This document shows positions 1-8,207 of a stretch of 64,000 nt of DNA, piece after piece. The notes beneath the pieces are model-generated. The model worked only from the letters and a program-made list of their open reading frames with translations. It was not told the DNA's origin and did no database searches. This DNA is from Rickettsiales bacterium. GTDB taxonomy: Bacteria > Pseudomonadota > Alphaproteobacteria > Rickettsiales > SXRF01. Each line of letters opens with the position of its first letter. Position 1 is the stretch's first letter. A program made the position numbers and the translations under genes. Location: NCBI GenBank assembly GCA_021299465.1, contig JAJTHB010000005.1:173044-237043 (forward strand), given 5' to 3'.

Positions 1-1
1 C

Positions 2-1045
2 TCAACGAGGTTGCAGGCGGATGGTGGGATTCTGGTGAGGTCGGCGGCGGATGACATTACCGCTTATGATTTTTATTCTGTGCCGGGCTCCTCAAGTCAG
101 CCACCAGGCCCTAATCCGGTGATAGCACTCACCAAGTTGGAGCTGATCGATACAGCAGCATTTCCCGTTGATGAGTTTGATAAAGGCGTGCTTCGTTTCG
201 CTGGTGCTGGATTATCAGATGCATGGAACGGTGCTGCCGTTTATCGCTCAGATGATGCTGGCGCTAACTATAATCGTATTGGCGATATTGCCGCGCCTGC
301 CGCCATGGGAACCGCGATATCGATTCTTCCCGATGGTCCAACACAACTATTTGATGAGAAAAACAATGTTACGGTTAATCTGGTCGGTAATGCTACATTG
401 CAAAGCATTACTGAGTTTGCCGTACTGAACGGCGGCAATATCGCTTTGCTTGGTGATGAATTAATTCAGTTTCGAAATGCTGTATTGCTAGAGCCGGGTA
501 GGTATCAATTAAGTGGATTGCTACGCGGTAGGCTTGGTACGGAGTGGGCGACAAGCGGCCACTTAGCTGGTGAACGATTTATTCTCATGGATGGGCGAGC
601 AACCCGTCAACTCATGCCCACTAGCTTTATCAATCTATTAAGGCAATACAAGGCGGTTAGCTTTGGAAATACTTTAGGTGCTACCCCAGCAAGTGATTTC
701 ACCTACACAGGGGTAGCCTTAAAGCCATATAGCCCTGTTCATATCACGGCTATTCGGGATGGATCAGCCAATATCACGTTAAGCTGGATTAGAAGAACTC
801 GCCTGAGTGGTGCGTGGCAAGACTTTGTGGATGTGCCGCTTAATGAAGAAATGGAGAGCTACGAGGTCGATATCATGAGTGGCTCGAATGTTGTTCGCAC
901 CCTTGCCACTACAACTTCAACTGTCAGCTATCTCGTATCCCAGCAAATTGCTGATTTTGGCAGTGCTCAAGCGTCAGTGACAGCTAGGGTCTATCAGCTT
1001 TCAGCAACGATTGGGCGTGGATATGCAGCTATAGCAACAGTCTAG
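2..1045 (+). CDS. GTA/phage tail host-specificity (baseplate/megatron-like, RcGTA g15-type) protein, C-terminal part; 5' end lies outside the window
   Basis: Frame is open from base 2. Motifs ALLGDELIQF, YQLSGLLRGRLGTE and LSWIRRTR...DVPLNEEMESYEVDI resemble the C-terminus of GTA-type tail proteins. Confidence 0.8.
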   Translation, partial: STRLQADGGILVRSAADDITAYDFYSVPGSSSQPPGPNPVIALTKLELIDTAAFPVDEFDKGVLRFAGAGLSDAWNGAAVYRSDDAGANYNRIGDIAAPAAMGTAISILPDGPTQLFDEKNNVTVNLVGNATLQSITEFAVLNGGNIALLGDELIQFRNAVLLEPGRYQLSGLLRGRLGTEWATSGHLAGERFILMDGRATRQLMPTSFINLLRQYKAVSFGNTLGATPASDFTYTGVALKPYSPVHITAIRDGSANITLSWIRRTRLSGAWQDFVDVPLNEEMESYEVDIMSGSNVVRTLATTTSTVSYLVSQQIADFGSAQASVTARVYQLSATIGRGYAAIATV

Positions 1046-1576
1046 CTACCCCAGCAGTTTTTTCTTTTGCTGCTGAAACTCCTCTTCGGTGAGGTAGCCT
1101 TTTTCCTTTAGATCGGCGAGTTTGGCGAGCTGCGACGCAATATCCGTTGGTGCAGCGGGCCCTGCGTGCATTCGCGCATTAGCCTGTTTGGCAGCAAACA
1201 TGGCTTCTTCGGTTGCTTTCACAAACGGCATGATGGAGCTTTTGAGCACCAGCCGGATGGTAAAGGAGCTGGCCCCATCCCATACACTGATTGAGCCGAA
1301 AGCAATTGTGAATTCATGATCGATCGATTGGATGCGTTCCAGCGGAAACTGAACCTGACGCAGCCCAAAGATCATGCCACGGTTTAGGAAAATCAAACGC
1401 CGGTTAGTGCATACACCAAGCCAGGTGCTGCTGTTCATGATGCCGGATGTGACGGCTTTGACAGATTCATCATTTTCCAGAATCTCAGGCAGCGCGCGAA
1501 TTTCCTTCTCTGTCCAGAAGATATATCGGCCCGGGCAGGCGGCGATCTGGCGTTTGATTTCAGCAAGTGTTGGCAT
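1046..1576 (-). CDS. Bacterial PH-domain protein with C-terminal SHOCT domain
   Basis: GVCTNRRLIFL...QFPLERIQSI is bPH-like; DIASQLAKLADLKEKGYLTEEEFQQQKKKLL is a typical SHOCT. Confidence 0.8.
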   Translation of the reverse strand: MPTLAEIKRQIAACPGRYIFWTEKEIRALPEILENDESVKAVTSGIMNSSTWLGVCTNRRLIFLNRGMIFGLRQVQFPLERIQSIDHEFTIAFGSISVWDGASSFTIRLVLKSSIMPFVKATEEAMFAAKQANARMHAGPAAPTDIASQLAKLADLKEKGYLTEEEFQQQKKKLLG

Positions 1577-1647
1577 GGGGCAACCTCCAATTCACCCATC
1601 ATAGGCAAAGCTTTACCGAAATAAAATCATTTTTAAGGAGTAATTTT

Positions 1648-2553
1648 ATGGCAACTACCAGCCACCTTGGACTCACTCTGGTTGAGCAGGCGCAAGCGCA
1701 AAAAGAAGTGACCGTGAATCAGGCATTCGTCCGTATTGACGCTTTGCTGAATACCGGCGCAAAAAGCCGCGCTACGAATACCCCGCCTGCTTTGCCTGCC
1801 AGCGGTGATTTATATATTGTTGGTACCAGCCCCACTGGCGCATGGGCAGGACAGGCGAAGAAACTTGCTTATTTCGATCAGATTTGGAAATTCATATCGG
1901 CCGGCGAAGGCATGCTCATCTGGGTGAATGATGAATCACGCAGCTATTATTATAATGGTACGGATTGGTTGGCCGTCGTTGGTAATGATTTAAGTGCGCT
2001 TGAAGCATTATCAACCACAGGTTTTGCAGCGCGCACGGCAACCGATACTTGGGCAACACGCTCCATCACCGCCGGCAACGGCATCAATGTCGCTAATGGA
2101 AATGGCGCCTCTGGAAATCCAATCGTTTCATTTATTGGTGGATTTGAGGATCTAGGCGATAGCGGAATTATCAGCCCAGCAAATGGCGAAATAATGGCTT
2201 ATAGTGGTGGTTTGTGGCGGAACGCTAGAGGCATCGCAACGCTATTCTACAACACCCAATCCGCCACTTCTTACACGCTGGTTTCTGCGGATGCTGGCCG
2301 TACCATCTATTGCACAGCAGCGACAAGCATCACCTTAACCATGCCAAACAACTTCAGTGTTGGTTATAACTGCAACATTATTCAGGCAGGCGCCGGACAA
2401 ATCACTTTTACGCCAGCTTCCGGCGCACTTCGCAGGAATCGCCAATCGCATACCAGATCTGCCGGTCAATGGGCGGTGTGCCAGTTACAGGTTGTTGGTA
2501 ATTCAGGTGGAAGCGCGGCGGAGTATGTGCTTTCAGGAGATACGGCAGTATGA
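1648..2553 (+). CDS. DUF2793-domain tail-fibre-like protein
   Basis: N-terminus MATTSHLGLTLVEQAQAQKEVTVNQAFVRIDALL is typical of DUF2793; AAGGAG RBS precedes ATG 1648; Gly/Thr-rich fibre-like C-terminal half. Confidence 0.85.
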   Translation: MATTSHLGLTLVEQAQAQKEVTVNQAFVRIDALLNTGAKSRATNTPPALPASGDLYIVGTSPTGAWAGQAKKLAYFDQIWKFISAGEGMLIWVNDESRSYYYNGTDWLAVVGNDLSALEALSTTGFAARTATDTWATRSITAGNGINVANGNGASGNPIVSFIGGFEDLGDSGIISPANGEIMAYSGGLWRNARGIATLFYNTQSATSYTLVSADAGRTIYCTAATSITLTMPNNFSVGYNCNIIQAGAGQITFTPASGALRRNRQSHTRSAGQWAVCQLQVVGNSGGSAAEYVLSGDTAV

Positions 2554-2798
2554 GCGAAGAAAAACAACATTGGACGGTTGAGCGAAAAATCCCGATCGCT
2601 GTTATTATTGCCCTATTCATTCAGATGCTCGCGGCTGTGATATGGGCAACGGAGCTCGCAGCCCGAGTGGAAACCATCGAGCAGCATTTTTTAAGCAGCA
2701 GCGTTGCCAATGAGAGGTTTGCCCGACTTGAGGAGCGTCTTGAGTATATTCACGAGAACGTGACCATTATCCGCCGCAAGCTGGATAAGACGAATTAG
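2550..2798 (+). CDS. Small phage-type membrane protein (one TM segment plus coiled coil), possibly holin/lysis-associated
   Basis: Hydrophobic IPIAVIIALFIQMLAAVIWA; 4-nt overlap with the upstream gene; directly precedes the lysozyme. Confidence 0.55.
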   Translation: MSEEKQHWTVERKIPIAVIIALFIQMLAAVIWATELAARVETIEQHFLSSSVANERFARLEERLEYIHENVTIIRRKLDKTN

Positions 2799-2811
2799 TA
2801 GTGGTGGGCAT

Positions 2812-3261
2812 ATGATGCAAATATCTCAGGTTGGTATAGATTTGATCAAGCGTTTTGAAGGCTTTGCTTCTGAGCCTTACTATTGCCCCGGCGGAAAGCT
2901 GACTGTGGGTTATGGTCATGTGATGACAGATGAGGAAGCAGCGACTGTGGAGCGCATTACAAAAGAACACGCTGAAATATTACTCAGGCAGGACGCCAAA
3001 ATAGCCGAAGAAGCTATCAATAAATTGGTTTCCGTAGCAATTAAACAAAATCAGTTTGATGCACTGGTTTCGTTTGTGTTCAATGTTGGGGGGCATGCAT
3101 TTGAAAAATCAACCATGCTTAAATTATTGAATAATAATGATATTGGCGCTGCCGCCAGACAATTTGATCGCTGGGTGTATGCCGCAGGTAAGAAATTGGA
3201 GGGGCTGGCAAGGCGCAGGGCTGCTGAAAAGGCTCTATTTTTGGGTGATGCTGATATTTAA
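2812..3261 (+). CDS. Phage lysozyme / endolysin (GH24)
   Basis: IKRFEG...YYCPGGKLTVGYGH, QNQFDALVSFVFNVG and GLARRRAAE are GH24 signatures. Confidence 0.92.
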   Translation: MMQISQVGIDLIKRFEGFASEPYYCPGGKLTVGYGHVMTDEEAATVERITKEHAEILLRQDAKIAEEAINKLVSVAIKQNQFDALVSFVFNVGGHAFEKSTMLKLLNNNDIGAAARQFDRWVYAAGKKLEGLARRRAAEKALFLGDADI

Positions 3262-3331
3262 CAGAATTGTCACACAAAAATAGTCGGGTTTTAGGTATAT
3301 TGAGCCATCAACTTTAATCATGGGAGTTAGT

Positions 3332-3805
3332 ATGGCAGAAGAACAAAAGAATCCGGTTGCGAAAATTGAAGGTGGCAAAGTTGTACCTAGCGCTGCAGCT
3401 GATGCTGTTCAGGCTCAGGCAATTGCTGATGCAGAAGCAGCAGCTGGCATGGCTGTGGGTGGTGATGTTGCTTCGATGCAGCAGGCGCGTGATGCCGCTG
3501 CAGCGGCGGGTGCGACTAATGCCGTTGCCAATCTGGATGCGGCCATAGCTGCTGCGCCACAACAAACCGGTACCTCTAACATTCCGCCAGTCGTCGCTGC
3601 TGCAGCTGAAAAAGGCATTATCACTACTGCACAAGCTGAGCAGATTGGGCAGATGGCAGCTGAACAAACGGTTGCTTCTTCGGTAACTGCTCCTGATCAG
3701 GTTCAGCAATCTTTTGCGAGCAATGTGCAAACACCTGAGACTACTTACACTGGCCAAGTCGCGGCCGATAAAGCTGCTAAACCTGCTACACGTAGCGTTG
3801 CGTAG
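3332..3805 (+). CDS. Ala/Gln-rich hypothetical protein
   Basis: GGGAG RBS before ATG 3332; followed by a strong terminator; no family recognised. Confidence 0.7.
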   Translation: MAEEQKNPVAKIEGGKVVPSAAADAVQAQAIADAEAAAGMAVGGDVASMQQARDAAAAAGATNAVANLDAAIAAAPQQTGTSNIPPVVAAAAEKGIITTAQAEQIGQMAAEQTVASSVTAPDQVQQSFASNVQTPETTYTGQVAADKAAKPATRSVA

Positions 3806-3830
3806 TTATTAGTTATTACAAAAAATGATC

Positions 3831-3860
3831 AAGCCCCCACCGAAAGGTGGGGGCTTTTTT
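3831..3860. terminator. Bidirectional rho-independent terminator
   Basis: AAGCCCCCACC-GAAA-GGTGGGGGCTT hairpin followed by a T-run, between convergent genes. Confidence 0.9.
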
Positions 3861-3871
3861 TGTGTTTGTTA

Positions 3872-4210
3872 CTAGGCGTTCAGGCTGGTTTTTTCTAAGC
3901 GGCTGTTATCGTTGCTGGCGTAGAAGTCATGATCAAAGCCGTAATAATCTTTGATTTTGGTTTTGATCTGAGCCGTCGGCTCCCCATAGCCTTTTTCAAC
4001 AATCACCGCAAAATGCGGAATATCCCCTTTTTCAAGGCAGCTCATCATTTGCTCATGAAGCATCGCGCTGGCAATGGCATAGTAAAACATACGTTCCTTC
4101 TTCAGCTCGTCATAAGCCGGAATAAAATACACGTTAATCTTTTTTGCGGCCTCATATTTGGATTTATAATGAGGCAGGCTTTCCATCATGTCCTGATCGG
4201 GGTTGAGCAT
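3872..4210 (-). CDS. Hypothetical protein, conserved partner of two-gene module copy A
   Basis: Aligns by eye with 18750-18977 and 58126-58455; TGATG coupling to the upstream peptide. Confidence 0.75.
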   Translation of the reverse strand: MLNPDQDMMESLPHYKSKYEAAKKINVYFIPAYDELKKERMFYYAIASAMLHEQMMSCLEKGDIPHFAVIVEKGYGEPTAQIKTKIKDYYGFDHDFYASNDNSRLEKTSLNA

Positions 4211-4389
4211 CAGTCAACTCCTTTTCCAAGGTGATCAGGGCACTTGCTGGCAACCGTTCTTGCTACATGAGTGCCAAGACTTCCTTCACCACAAAGAACA
4301 CCTTTGGAGCCTATGGTGACGTGCTCTGGCTGCTGCCCCCCACGGTGGTTTCGTGTATTCATTCCGTCTACTAAATCACGAACACTCAT
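4210..4389 (-). CDS. 59-aa low-complexity peptide, module copy A
   Basis: AAGGGAG RBS upstream of ATG 4389; stop overlaps the next start; ends HLGKGVD. Confidence 0.6.
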   Translation of the reverse strand: MSVRDLVDGMNTRNHRGGQQPEHVTIGSKGVLCGEGSLGTHVARTVASKCPDHLGKGVD

Positions 4390-4492
4390 AACGTCTCCCT
4401 TCATTTCAATCTACTAGATCGGGAGACATTTTTCACGTTTACATCTGTGAATCTTTTGTGACAGATCGCAGACGAATTGATGACAGTCTAGT

Positions 4493-7105
4493 CTATTTTT
4501 GCTTGCCAAGCGTCTGCGGCAAGTCATTCACCTGCACACGCACCACATGCTTGGAAAGGTCAGGATTTCCTGGCCCGTGGAGCACTTCGCCTTCGAGCTT
4601 TTCCTGCTCACTTTGCGCAGGGTTTCTCTTATGCTCTTCCTGTTTTGCAAGTGTTACAGAAAGCTTAAACCAGCCTTTCTCGGAGGTAAATGGAAGGCTA
4701 TCATCTTTACTTTCTATTAAGAGGGAGCTATTCGCCGCGAGCTTTAAATCCTGCGCGACAGATTCCACCGCCTGCCAGTTCGCCGCAGCATCACTTATAA
4801 ACACTTCAATCTTGTCAACTGGGTTTTTGATCGAAACGCTTGCTTCGGATTTTGCTTTACGCACGACATTCAGAATATCCACCGCAGCGATGCCTGCCAG
4901 CTCGTGTTTTTCATCCAGCGGGAAATCAGCGGCCACTGGCCACTGGCCACGCGCATGCACAGAGCCATGCTTCGCATAATCATCAGCGAAGAGATGGCTG
5001 TAAATCTCCTCGGTGACATGAGGCACAAATGGCGCAAACAGTTTGAGTAGTGCATTCAGGCAGTGATAGAGCGTGCATAGCGCGGATTGTTGATTGCCAG
5101 GCACTTCGCCGTAAGAACGAGCCTTGACCAGCTCAAGATAATTATCGCAGAAATCATTCCAGAAAAAATCTTCGATTGCCACCCGCGCATCTGAGTATTC
5201 AAAGCGCTCAAACTCTGGCGTGGCCTTATGCACCGTGCGATGGAGGCGCGAGAGTATCCATAGATCCAGTGGCTCGCTGATAAGGCCGTTTTTAACATCC
5301 TTAGCGGCGCTGGTTGGCTTTATTTTAAGTTTATCAAGGTTGAGCGCGGCAAACTGGCTGGCATTCCAGATTTTACCCACCAGCTTGCGGCCGATTTTGA
5401 GTAAATCTTCAGAAAAAGCCGTATCAGCGCCGAGGCGAGAAGTCGACGCCCAGTAGCGCACCGCGTCCGTTCCTTTTTCCTCAATGAGCGCCACGGGGGT
5501 TACAACATTACCCTTAGATTTGCTCATTTTGGTTTTGTCAGAAGCTAAGCACCAGCCGGAGATCATCAGGTTTTTCCACGGCACGCAGTCTTCATGCAGG
5601 TGCGCTTTCACGATCGTGTAAAACGCCCATGTGCGTATAATCTCGTGCGCCTGCGGGCGGATATCGGCGGGAAACAACTTGTTTTGCTTTAATGATTTCG
5701 CATTAATCTGCGGCGAAATGGACGAGGTCGCCCACGTATCCATCACGTCCATATCAGGCGTAACTTCATCTCTACCATACCCTTTAGGGGTATCTACCAG
5801 CGGGTCAACAGGCAGTTGATCTGGCGATGCATAAATCGCCTTTCCAACTTCGCCTTCACGCTTCGAATACCACACTGGAAAAGGCACACCGAAAAAGCGC
5901 TGGCGCGAAATGCACCAGTCTTCCTTAAGACCTTCAATCCACTGATTCAGCCGAACGCGCATGTAGTCAGGATGCCAATGGCACTCCGCGCCCTTTGCCT
6001 TTAGCGCTTCTTTTTTATCCGTGATCCGCACGAACCATTGTTCGGTGGGAATAATCTCAATCGGCGTGCCGCTGCGCTCGGCGCATTTGACGCTATGGGT
6101 CATCGGCGTCTGCTTTTTTAGCTTTCCTGCGGCTTGCAGCAACTCCAGAATTTTTGCATTCGCTTGCTTTGGCTTTAGGCCGTTTAATTCGGCTATTTCA
6201 CTTTGCAGCCTTCCGTCTTTGCCTAAAATAGCTTTCAGCGGCAGGTTATATTTTCTCCACCACTCCTTATCCGTATCATCCCCAAAGGTACAACACATCA
6301 CAAGACCAGTGCCTTTGCCTTGTTCTACGGCCTCATCCGCAATCATCGGCACTTTTACACCAAATAGCGGGATGATGGCATGTTTGTCTTTGTAACTTGC
6401 AGCATTCGCATTTTCCGGATGATACATCACCGCGACGCATGCGCCGAGCAGTTCCGGACGGGTGGTCATGATGAGTAGCGGCGAGCCATCTTCCAGCGTG
6501 AACTCAATCTCATTCATCGTGCCCGGAAGTTCTTTATTCTCAATTTCTGCCTGCGCAATGGCGGTTTGATCCACCCAGTCCCAATAAGTTGGCCTAAAAT
6601 CGCGGTAGGCATGGCCTTTTGCCACTAAATCCAGAAATGATGCCTGCGAGAGTGCGCGTACATCGTCGTTGATCGTCTGGTATTCCTTGCGCCAATCCAC
6701 GGAAAGGGCGGTGCTTTTAAACAGTGCGCGGAATTCGTCTTCCGCTTCTTTCACCACCTCTTTACACAGCGCCACAAACTCCGCGCGCGGCATACCCGTA
6801 CCCCGTACCCCTTTGATCTTTTCAACAAGGCGCTCGGTGGGCAGGCCATTATCATCAAAACCCATAGGGTAGAAAACATCTTTGCCGCTCATGCGCTGGT
6901 AGCGCGCGACAAAATCCGCCTGTGTGTAGCTGAAGATATGCCCCATATGCAGAAGGCCGGAGACGGTTGGCGGCGGCGTATCGATGACAAAGGTTTTTTC
7001 GCGCGGCTGGTCGTCGCGGAAATGATACACATCGCTGGTTTCCCACACGCGCTGCCAGTGCTTTTCACGTTCTTTGTGTTCGTAGTTTTTAGGCAGCGGT
7101 TTCAT
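4493..7105 (-). CDS. valS: Valine--tRNA ligase, archaeal/rickettsial type, with ~49-aa C-terminal extension
   Basis: PTVSGLLHMGH (HIGH motif), KMSKS, WCISRQRFFGVPFPVWY, RPQAHEIIRTWAFY; lacks the bacterial C-terminal coiled-coil arm. Confidence 0.95.
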   Translation of the reverse strand: MKPLPKNYEHKEREKHWQRVWETSDVYHFRDDQPREKTFVIDTPPPTVSGLLHMGHIFSYTQADFVARYQRMSGKDVFYPMGFDDNGLPTERLVEKIKGVRGTGMPRAEFVALCKEVVKEAEDEFRALFKSTALSVDWRKEYQTINDDVRALSQASFLDLVAKGHAYRDFRPTYWDWVDQTAIAQAEIENKELPGTMNEIEFTLEDGSPLLIMTTRPELLGACVAVMYHPENANAASYKDKHAIIPLFGVKVPMIADEAVEQGKGTGLVMCCTFGDDTDKEWWRKYNLPLKAILGKDGRLQSEIAELNGLKPKQANAKILELLQAAGKLKKQTPMTHSVKCAERSGTPIEIIPTEQWFVRITDKKEALKAKGAECHWHPDYMRVRLNQWIEGLKEDWCISRQRFFGVPFPVWYSKREGEVGKAIYASPDQLPVDPLVDTPKGYGRDEVTPDMDVMDTWATSSISPQINAKSLKQNKLFPADIRPQAHEIIRTWAFYTIVKAHLHEDCVPWKNLMISGWCLASDKTKMSKSKGNVVTPVALIEEKGTDAVRYWASTSRLGADTAFSEDLLKIGRKLVGKIWNASQFAALNLDKLKIKPTSAAKDVKNGLISEPLDLWILSRLHRTVHKATPEFERFEYSDARVAIEDFFWNDFCDNYLELVKARSYGEVPGNQQSALCTLYHCLNALLKLFAPFVPHVTEEIYSHLFADDYAKHGSVHARGQWPVAADFPLDEKHELAGIAAVDILNVVRKAKSEASVSIKNPVDKIEVFISDAAANWQAVESVAQDLKLAANSSLLIESKDDSLPFTSEKGWFKLSVTLAKQEEHKRNPAQSEQEKLEGEVLHGPGNPDLSKHVVRVQVNDLPQTLGKQK

Positions 7106-7106
7106 G

Positions 7107-8141
7107 TCAGTTTTTCTTTTTGGGGGCGAGGCCGTGTTCTTCGATGAGTGCCTCAGCGATCTGCACGGCGTTCAGCGCCGCGCCTTTGCGTAGATTATCG
7201 GATACGATCCACATGGCGAGGCCATGTTTCACGCTGGTATCCTGTCTGAGGCGGGAGATAAACACTGCGTCCTCACCAGCGCATTCCATCGGGCTGCAAT
7301 AACCGCCATCTTTGTGGTCATCATACATAGTGATGCCGTCTGCGCCTTCGAGCAGATCGCGCGCCTGCTCAGCCGTGATGGGCTTTTCAAACTCAATATT
7401 CACTGATTCCGAGTGGCCAACAAACACCGGCACACGCACGCAGGTGGCACAGACCTGAATATCCGCTTCCATGATTTTTTTGGTTTCTTCCACCATTTTC
7501 CATTCTTCTTTGGTGGAGCCATCTTCCATAAACACATCGATATGCGGAATCACGTTGAACGCGATACGCTTGGTAAACTTTTTTGGCTCTTTCGGATCAT
7601 TCATATAGATGGATTTGGTCTGATCATAGAGCTCATCCATGCCTTCTTTGCCTGCGCCGCTGACGGACTGGTAGGTTGAAACGACAACGCGCTTGATTTT
7701 CGCGGCGTCATGAAGCGGCTTCAGCGCTACAACCATCTGTGCGGTTGAGCAATTCGGGTTGGCGATGATGTTCTTTTTACGGAAATTTTTTAGCGCATGG
7801 CTGTTGACTTCCGGCACAATGAGAGGGATGTCCTCCATCATGCGGAAATAGGAGGTATTATCAATCACCACGCAGCCAGCCTCGGCTGCTTTGGGTGCGA
7901 ATATTTTTGATACGGCAGAGCCGGGCGAGAAGAGGGCGATATCGGTATCGCTGAAATCATAGTCATCAAGTGCTTTAACGATAAGAATATCCTCATCGCC
8001 ATAACTCACTTCTTTTCCAATCGACGCACGAGAGGCGAGTGCCACCACTTCGCTGGTTGGAAAATTACGTTCAGCGAGAATATCAAGCATGGCACGTCCG
8101 ACATTGCCGGTGGCGCCCACGACAGCGACTTTATAACTCAT
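7107..8141 (-). CDS. asd: Aspartate-semialdehyde dehydrogenase
   Basis: VAVVGATGNVG, IIANPNCST, SDNLRKGAALNAVQIAE. Confidence 0.97.
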   Translation of the reverse strand: MSYKVAVVGATGNVGRAMLDILAERNFPTSEVVALASRASIGKEVSYGDEDILIVKALDDYDFSDTDIALFSPGSAVSKIFAPKAAEAGCVVIDNTSYFRMMEDIPLIVPEVNSHALKNFRKKNIIANPNCSTAQMVVALKPLHDAAKIKRVVVSTYQSVSGAGKEGMDELYDQTKSIYMNDPKEPKKFTKRIAFNVIPHIDVFMEDGSTKEEWKMVEETKKIMEADIQVCATCVRVPVFVGHSESVNIEFEKPITAEQARDLLEGADGITMYDDHKDGGYCSPMECAGEDAVFISRLRQDTSVKHGLAMWIVSDNLRKGAALNAVQIAEALIEEHGLAPKKKN

Positions 8142-8207
8142 AATGCACTTTCTTTATTTTTTTGTTATAAGGAGGCGTAATATAACTAAAAAAACGTAGT
8201 GCACGCA

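Noticed and set aside
4458-4979. 173-aa + strand ORF over the valS 3' end
   Set aside because: Antisense to valS, Ser/Cys-rich and without recognisable motifs.
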